Translations under genes and position numbers: made by a program
DNA from: an uncultured Acidobacteriota bacterium
GTDB lineage: Bacteria > Acidobacteriota > UBA6911 > RPQK01 > JAPXNP01
NCBI GenBank assembly: GCA_964524795.1
Contig: CAZGEH010000002.1
Location: forward strand, 502,837 to 566,836
Direction of reading: 5' to 3'
Length of the DNA: 64,000 nt
The notes under the pieces: model-generated
Told to the model about the DNA's origin: nothing
Databases searched by the model: none
Seen by the model: the letters and a program-made list of their open reading frames with translations, nothing else
Part shown: positions 58,442-64,000 of the stretch, in pieces
How positions within the stretch are numbered: the first letter of the stretch is position 1
How the letters are laid out: each line of letters starts with the position of its first letter

Positions 58442-59047
58442 TCAGGGATCCAGGATTCGGTCCAGCGCCTGCCGTACCGCCTCGATCCCCCTTGCCAACA
58501 CCGCCGAGAACCCCTCAGCAGCGGCAGCTTCGGTACATTCCGGGTTGTCGTCAATGAACAGGATGCGCCCGGCGGGCACCCCAAGCTCCCGGCGCACGTG
58601 ACGGAACACGTCAGGATCCGGCTTCACCAGTCCGATTTCGCAGGAGATGAAGCAGCGGTCAAAGAACTGCCCCAAGGAGAACTCATCCCGGAGGCGGGTC
58701 CAGTGGATGATGTTGTTGTTGCTCAGGCAGGCCAACAGATATCGGCCCCGCAGCTCCCGCAAGAGATCTGTGGTACCAGGGAAGGGTCCCTTGTCCCACC
58801 TGGTGAAGTGGACGAGAAACTCTTCCGGTGGGATTTGCAGCCCCAACTCCTCGACAACGCCGCGGGCAAACTCCGGGGGACTGCACTGACCCCGCTCGAA
58901 TCGGCGCACCCAAAGAGACTCCAGCCAGAAGCGCCGAGCCGCTTCCGCATCCAGGGTGCCGGCCGCCAGTGCCAGCAGGCCGGGGCTCCCGACCCACTCC
59001 ACCAACACACCACCAAGGTCGAAGAGGAGAACCTCGAAGCTGCGCAC
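58442..59047 (-). CDS. HAD-family hydrolase
   Basis: HAD motif I LLFDLGGVL. Motif IV region (ILFIDDN). Confidence 0.7.
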   Translation of the reverse strand: MRSFEVLLFDLGGVLVEWVGSPGLLALAAGTLDAEAARRFWLESLWVRRFERGQCSPPEFARGVVEELGLQIPPEEFLVHFTRWDKGPFPGTTDLLRELRGRYLLACLSNNNIIHWTRLRDEFSLGQFFDRCFISCEIGLVKPDPDVFRHVRRELGVPAGRILFIDDNPECTEAAAAEGFSAVLARGIEAVRQALDRILDP

Positions 59048-59067
59048 TGGATCCCCAGCTCCGCTTC

Positions 59068-60168
59068 TCAGGCGCGCACTCCCAGTCCGAGTACCTCCCT
59101 GCAATAGCGCAGACTCTTCTCCAGCTCCGCGAGCTGGTACCGCGCCTCCGCCTCCCGGCGCGAACCGCCCTCGGGAAAGACAGCAGGATCCTTGGAATGA
59201 CCGTGGCGGGCAACCTCCAAAAACCTCGCGAAGGTTCGGGCCGGAACCTTCTCGTAGCCGACCCAGAACTCCGGCTTCCGCCAGGGGAATTCTCGATTGA
59301 AGCCGGAGATGATTTCAAGCTGGACTGGCACGCCCGGGCAAAGCTCCGCGAAGCGGTCGAAGTAGCGTCCCCAGTCTACGAGTCCTTCTCCCATCGCGGT
59401 CCACTGGACCGCAGCCCCTTCTGCGGTCTCCCAGACCATGCAGTCCCGGATCCCGGTGGTGACCGCATAGGGCCCCAGCGTCTCCAGGTTCTCCAGGGGG
59501 TCCTCGAGCGTCCACACGGCATTGCCCGAGTCCAGCGTCGCTCCGACAAAATCCCGGCCTGCGGCCTCGATAAGGCTGACCAGTTCACGCGCCTGCATGT
59601 CGCCGGCATGATTCTCCACAGCAATACGTACCCCGAAGTCTTGGGCCAGCGTTCGGCACTCCCGCAAGACTCTCACCATGGCTTCCATGTGCCGCTCGAT
59701 CCCCCCGTCCCCGAGACGGTCCTGGGCGGTGCCCAGGTAGCAGCGTGCCACTGGCGAACCTAGGAGACGGGCCACACGAAGAGTCAGGCGGAGTCGCTCT
59801 ACACCGCTCCCGTAACGGGAATCGAACGAGCTTGACGTGGGACAGACGCTTCCGGTGCCCACATGAAGATGCAGGCCCAGGTCCTCCGCCTTCCGGCGGA
59901 GCCGCATCAGATCGCCGTCCTCATGGCTCCCCAGTACCTCCAGGTCGGAGAAAAACACCGTGTCGAGGTGCAACCCGGCGGCGTAATCCAGGATGGCGGA
60001 CGCGTCCCATCCGCAGGCCCGGATCGAGAAGTTGTCGAATCCCAGCCGGATGCCGCGATTCCTTGCGAAACCTGTCCCCAAGCCTGTAAGGCTGCCGGTG
60101 GCTGCTCCCCATGCGGTTGCCCCGGCCACAGTCCCCAGAAACCAGCGCCGTGTAATCTGCCCAGTCAT
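59068..60168 (-). CDS. sugar phosphate isomerase/epimerase (xylose-isomerase-like TIM barrel), Tat-exported
   Basis: Tat signal [26 protein letters not shown]-barrel metal-site pattern (HVGTGS, ENHAGD, LDSGN). Confidence 0.8.
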   Translation of the reverse strand: MTGQITRRWFLGTVAGATAWGAATGSLTGLGTGFARNRGIRLGFDNFSIRACGWDASAILDYAAGLHLDTVFFSDLEVLGSHEDGDLMRLRRKAEDLGLHLHVGTGSVCPTSSSFDSRYGSGVERLRLTLRVARLLGSPVARCYLGTAQDRLGDGGIERHMEAMVRVLRECRTLAQDFGVRIAVENHAGDMQARELVSLIEAAGRDFVGATLDSGNAVWTLEDPLENLETLGPYAVTTGIRDCMVWETAEGAAVQWTAMGEGLVDWGRYFDRFAELCPGVPVQLEIISGFNREFPWRKPEFWVGYEKVPARTFARFLEVARHGHSKDPAVFPEGGSRREAEARYQLAELEKSLRYCREVLGLGVRA

Positions 60169-60203
60169 TCCACCGCCTCCCAATCCAGCTTCACGCCAAC
60201 CGT

Positions 60204-61571
60204 TTACAGGACCCAGGGGGGGCGGTATTCCCGCCGCAGCAGCCGTGAAGCCTCTTCATCCCCGAGAATGGCTTCCCCTTCGGCATCCCAGTAGATCCGG
60301 CGTCCCGTGTGAAGGGAGATGTTGCCGAGGTGAGCCACCGTGGTCGAGTGGTGCCCCTCCTCCACGTCCGACCGGGGCTTCTCCCGGCTCTTCACGCAGT
60401 CGAGGAAATTCCGGACATGGGACAAGTGCTGATCGGAGCCCGGTCCCTCCGCGTGTCGGGTACGAAACCGGCGCACCTCATAGGGCCGATTCCAGGGCGG
60501 GAGGTCCTGCGGAGGGCCTTCCAGATGGCGAGGGACAGGTTCTTCGAAACGGCCCCGGGTCTCCGGATAGACTGCAAAGCCTTCCCGGTCCAGAAACAGA
60601 GTGCCGTCGGTCCCATAAAACTCGATGCCGTAACCCCAACGGACCGCATCACGGGCGTTGGCGGCCCGATGCGAAAAAGTCAGCAGAAACCCCGGGTACT
60701 CGAAGACTGCTTCCACGGTGTCCGGGGTTTCCCGGTTGTCCCGCAGTGCGAATTTCCCGCCCATCGCGTGGGCGGACCTGGGAGCCTTGACGGCCATAGC
60801 CCACTGGATGGTGTCGAAGTGGTGGGTTCCCCAGTCGGTCAGTTTCCCACCGGAGTAATCCCAGAACCAGCGGAAGGTTCCCAGGAAACGGTTTGGGTTG
60901 AAGGGGACCTTGGGAGCAGGTCCAAGAAAAAAATCCCAGTCAAGCCCTGGTGGGGGCTCGGAGTCGGCGGGGTTGCCGATCCCCACCGGGGATTCATTCT
61001 CGAAGTTCCAGCAACGGACCGACGAGATCCGTCCCAGCACCCCTTCCTGAATCAGCCGGACCGCTTCCTGGTAATGCTTCCCCGATCGCTGCTGGGTGCC
61101 CATCTGGACGACCCGACCGTGACGGCGGGCCGCCTCCACCATTCGGCGACCCTCGTAAATATTGTGGGCCAGCGGCTTTTCCACGTAGACGTCCTTGCCC
61201 GCCTCGCAGGCCAGGATGGTGGGAATCGCGTGCCAATGGTCCGGGGTGGAAACAACCACGAAGTCCACTTCGTTCAGTTCCAGGACCTGGCGGAAATCAT
61301 GGAAAGTCCTGGCGCGCCCGCCAGGCTGGGAAACGGTCATCTCAGCCGCCAGCTCCCGGTTCTTCTCCCAGACGTCACAGACGGCGGCAACGGCCACGTC
61401 CTCCATGCGGAGAAAATCCTGCAAGTTGGAGCGGCCCATTCCACCGGTCCCGATAAATGCTCCCACCAGACGGTCGGAAGGCGCGACTCGACCGCTTGCC
61501 GACGCCGGCCTCCCCAAACCGATGGCCGCCAGACCCGACGATGTACTGATCACAAAGCGACGCCGATTCAT
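60204..61571 (-). CDS. Gfo/Idh/MocA-family oxidoreductase, Tat-exported
   Basis: Tat signal [33 protein letters not shown]-binding motif. Confidence 0.85.
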   Translation of the reverse strand: MNRRRFVISTSSGLAAIGLGRPASASGRVAPSDRLVGAFIGTGGMGRSNLQDFLRMEDVAVAAVCDVWEKNRELAAEMTVSQPGGRARTFHDFRQVLELNEVDFVVVSTPDHWHAIPTILACEAGKDVYVEKPLAHNIYEGRRMVEAARRHGRVVQMGTQQRSGKHYQEAVRLIQEGVLGRISSVRCWNFENESPVGIGNPADSEPPPGLDWDFFLGPAPKVPFNPNRFLGTFRWFWDYSGGKLTDWGTHHFDTIQWAMAVKAPRSAHAMGGKFALRDNRETPDTVEAVFEYPGFLLTFSHRAANARDAVRWGYGIEFYGTDGTLFLDREGFAVYPETRGRFEEPVPRHLEGPPQDLPPWNRPYEVRRFRTRHAEGPGSDQHLSHVRNFLDCVKSREKPRSDVEEGHHSTTVAHLGNISLHTGRRIYWDAEGEAILGDEEASRLLRREYRPPWVL

Positions 61572-61733
61572 CCTGAGGTTACCTCCAGAAGACGAACCTT
61601 ACGGGAATCGGCGCCGGATGAAAAGGGGATTGGAGAACGCCAGCAGATGGCGGTCAAACATGCCGGCGCCCGCACCGCGGGGACCGTTTGTCCCCTTGAC
61701 GGTCGATGAGAGACAGGGGAGAACTTATAAATG

Positions 61734-61763
61734 CTCCGGCCCGGCTGGCAGGCCGGGCCGGAG
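61734..61763 (-). terminator. GC-rich perfect 12-bp hairpin (ctccggcccggc / gccgggccggag, 6-nt loop)
   Basis: Lies between the cytochrome c stop (61838) and the Gfo/Idh/MocA start (61571). On the minus strand it is followed by the U-rich stretch cauuuauaaguucu. Either a terminator or a protein-binding site. Confidence 0.4.
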
Positions 61764-61837
61764 CGGAACAGTGGGTCCGGCGAGTTGAGGAAGGTCCGGC
61801 ACGTGGTTCGCCGGGTGTTCCCACAGCCGGAGAGTGT

Positions 61838-62209
61838 TTACTTCTTCTGCGCCATCATCCAGTCCACCAAGACCTTGAGATCAGCGTCATTGCCGGTGAA
61901 ATTCTTGCTGTGCTTCTTCCCCTCGAGGTCCGCCTGCTTCTTCAGGTACTTCATCCAGAAGTCGGCGTCTGGTTTGAGGTTGACCAGATCCGGGCCTTTC
62001 ACCTTCTCGGACTTGGCCGTAGCCGCAATTTCGGCTGTGGATACGTCGTGACACATGTTGCACTTCTGGGCCAGGAAGATGGCTTTCCCGTCAGCTCCCG
62101 CCGCATGCCCGCTACCTTCAGGCTGGGCCGCCACCGATACCGGTCCCACCACCAGCAAGACCGCCGCCACCGTGAGGACCATTCCCGCAAGTACCATCTG
62201 CTTCCGCAT
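61838..62209 (-). CDS. monoheme c-type cytochrome, secreted
   Basis: Signal peptide MRKQMVLAGMVLTVAAVLLVVG. Single CNMCH haem-binding motif. Confidence 0.7.
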   Translation of the reverse strand: MRKQMVLAGMVLTVAAVLLVVGPVSVAAQPEGSGHAAGADGKAIFLAQKCNMCHDVSTAEIAATAKSEKVKGPDLVNLKPDADFWMKYLKKQADLEGKKHSKNFTGNDADLKVLVDWMMAQKK

Positions 62210-62576
62210 TGCGTGTTCTCCTTTGGAGCCTGTTAGTGTAGTCTTCAGCTCTCGCTGCATCCTCCTGAGTAAGAGGACAAAAGCTTCATAATGTTACAAG
62301 GTTGACTGAAGACCCTCAAGCCGACACGCTCCGGTGTTCCATGAATGACGCGCGCCGCTGGCGCCTTCAAGTCATTGAAGAAGTTCGAGCGTCCCGTGTG
62401 GCACCGTTTGCCTGGGGCGGTGGTTTCCGATCCTGCATTGACGGACCTTTCCCGGTGAGGCGGGTGTCTGTCCCCAGTTCCGGCCCCAGTTCCGCCGGAT
62501 CGGAAACCGGTACAATGGGTCAGAACGTCACAGTTCTGTTACAGAATGCTCGGCACGGAACATCCGGATCGGAAAC

Positions 62577-63659
62577 ATGAGCCATTATGAGGCGCGGCTG
62601 GAAAGCGATCTGGGTCAGATTCGGAGCCAGCTCCGTGCACTGGGAGCCTCTCTGGAAGCCGCTTTGCGCCAAAGCGTCCGGGCGCTGCTGACCGGCAACC
62701 GCGACCTCGCCTGGGACACGATCCTCCAGGACCAGGCGGTGAATCGTCGGGTTACGGAGATCGACCGGCTCTGTCACGCCTTCGTGGCGAGACACTTGCC
62801 CAGCGCCCGACACCTCCGCTTTGTCTCTTCCGTCCTGCGCATCAACATCTCTCTCGAGCGGGTGGGCGACTACGCAGTTACCATCTGCCGCGAAGCCACC
62901 CGTATCGGGACCATTCCCGAAGCTCTCCGCCGTGAAGTGGAGTTGAGAGGAGAGGAGGCGGTCCACCTTCTCCACCACGCCCTGCTGGCCTTTTACGACA
63001 GCAACCCGGACTCGGCGCGCGCCACGCGCAAGATGGCTTCCGGGCTGACCCGTGCCTACGATGGTCTGCTCACTTCACTGGTCCAGGCCTGTGAAAGCGG
63101 ATCCCTCCGCCTCGAAGATTCTTTTTCCCTGCTTCTGGTGTTCAACCGCCTCAGCCGGGCATGCGACCAGGCGAAAAACGTGTGCGAAGAAGCCGTTTTT
63201 GTCGCCACCGGAGAGGAGAAACGGGGCAAGAACTTCAGGATTCTCTTCCTGGACCGCCGGAATGACGGCTTTGGACAGCTCGCCCGCCGGTGGGCGGAAG
63301 TCGAGTTCGGTGAGAGAGCGCGCATCGCCTGCGCCGGTCTGGAACCGGCAGCACAACTGGACCCGGCCTGGGCGTCGCTGCTAGTTCAGAACGGAGTCAA
63401 CCCCGATGAGGTTCCCCCCGTCTCTCTCGCCTCCCTGCCCGACGCATTGCAGGGCCAAGACCTTGTCGTCGCCCTGGAGCCGCAGCTCAAACCGCGTCTC
63501 GGCCGCCTGCCTTACCACACGGTGTTCGTCGAATGGGAGCTTGGGGGCCCCACCTCGCCGGCTCCAGGCGAAACCGAAGGCCGCCAGGCGCGGACCGCGG
63601 CATTCCGCAGCAATCTCGCCGAGCTCAGAAGCATCCTGATCGGCGAGTCTCGCGACTGA
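62577..63659 (+). CDS. PhoU-domain protein fused to a degenerate LMW-phosphatase-like domain
   Basis: N-terminal PhoU-type helical repeats (aa 1-210). C-terminal domain resembles LMW-PTP/ArsC but lacks the CX5R cysteine (FRILFLDRRNDGFGQ). Confidence 0.65.
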   Translation: MSHYEARLESDLGQIRSQLRALGASLEAALRQSVRALLTGNRDLAWDTILQDQAVNRRVTEIDRLCHAFVARHLPSARHLRFVSSVLRINISLERVGDYAVTICREATRIGTIPEALRREVELRGEEAVHLLHHALLAFYDSNPDSARATRKMASGLTRAYDGLLTSLVQACESGSLRLEDSFSLLLVFNRLSRACDQAKNVCEEAVFVATGEEKRGKNFRILFLDRRNDGFGQLARRWAEVEFGERARIACAGLEPAAQLDPAWASLLVQNGVNPDEVPPVSLASLPDALQGQDLVVALEPQLKPRLGRLPYHTVFVEWELGGPTSPAPGETEGRQARTAAFRSNLAELRSILIGESRD

Positions 63660-63766
63660 GCGGTTCAGGGATCTTTCGGCCTCGGCCACAACGTCCATCA
63701 TCCGACCATGAATTTCAAAACCACTGATCGGATTGGGCCGCTTGTCATCGATCCCGAACCCTTCCT

Positions 63767-64000
63767 TCACCCGCTCCTGATCTCCGCCATCCGGCGACTG
63801 AGCAGTCCGCCCAGGTCCACACCGCCAAATGAACCCGAGCTCATCAACAGCACGGTGGTGTTGTGCAGCTCCAGGTTCTGCAACCATCTCTCCAGGTCAG
63901 CCCGGTCTGCCAGGTATTCCAGATCGGTGCGCCCGAACGCCACCCGTATCTCCCGATCCGTCAAGAGGGGGACCCCTCTTTGCCGGCAGGTTTCCGGACT
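63767..64000 (-). CDS. Mur-ligase-family protein (Mpl/MurC-like), C-terminal fragment; 5' part beyond window end
   Basis: C-terminal Mur ligase region VLLMSSGSFGGV. The ORF continues past position 64000 on the minus strand. Confidence 0.5.
   Translation of the reverse strand, partial: SPETCRQRGVPLLTDREIRVAFGRTDLEYLADRADLERWLQNLELHNTTVLLMSSGSFGGVDLGGLLSRRMAEIRSG

Noticed and set aside
60309-61709. 466-aa plus-strand ORF antisense to the Gfo/Idh/MocA gene
   Set aside because: Antisense high-GC artefact.
63381-63887. 168-aa minus-strand ORF overlapping the end of the PhoU-like gene
   Set aside because: Overlaps a well-supported plus-strand gene. The convincing Mur-ligase frame on the minus strand is a different one (63767-64000).

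Overview
The window is a 64 kb, roughly 66% GC chromosomal segment. It probably comes from an Acidobacteria-like, Solibacter-type organism; that placement is inference from Tat-exported Gfo/Idh/MocA oxidoreductases and from large secreted proteins that share a Solibacter-style C-terminal domain pair. About two thirds of the window is ordinary core genome: folC-accD, tmk-holB, cysS, lat, maeB, a sigma54 two-component system, nucleobase and MFS transporters, and periplasmic sugar-oxidation modules. Three accessory regions stand out. (1) At 12.7-19.2 kb there is a lower-GC polymorphic-toxin island. It holds a stand-alone AraC-type HTH gene, three 21-bp direct repeats, a 5'-truncated RHS gene with an in-frame TGA, a C-terminal toxin tip, three candidate immunity genes, a 1.1 kb degenerate repeat-bearing spacer and an orphan RHS tip. 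The orphan's 5' end is homologous to the leader and first codons of the AraC-like gene. (2) At 19.5-25.5 kb a sigma54-type promoter drives a degenerate enhancer-binding-protein-like regulator that lacks GAFTGA and has an altered Walker B. Downstream lie a 1467-aa secreted SBBP/BNR beta-propeller protein and a translationally coupled CxxC thioredoxin-like protein. (3) At 28.7-35 kb a 1678-aa FN3 plus 12x VCBS/cadherin-like adhesin is encoded by near-identical 280-bp DNA repeats and is followed 8 bp later by an ApbE flavin transferase. A redox-flavoured operon encodes a non-lipoylatable GcvH-like protein, a sensor kinase with periplasmic CxxCH motifs, an NtrC-type regulator and an archaemetzincin; it lies next to a pentaheme cytochrome c gene. 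No CRISPR array, rRNA, tRNA, transposase or integrase was recognised.
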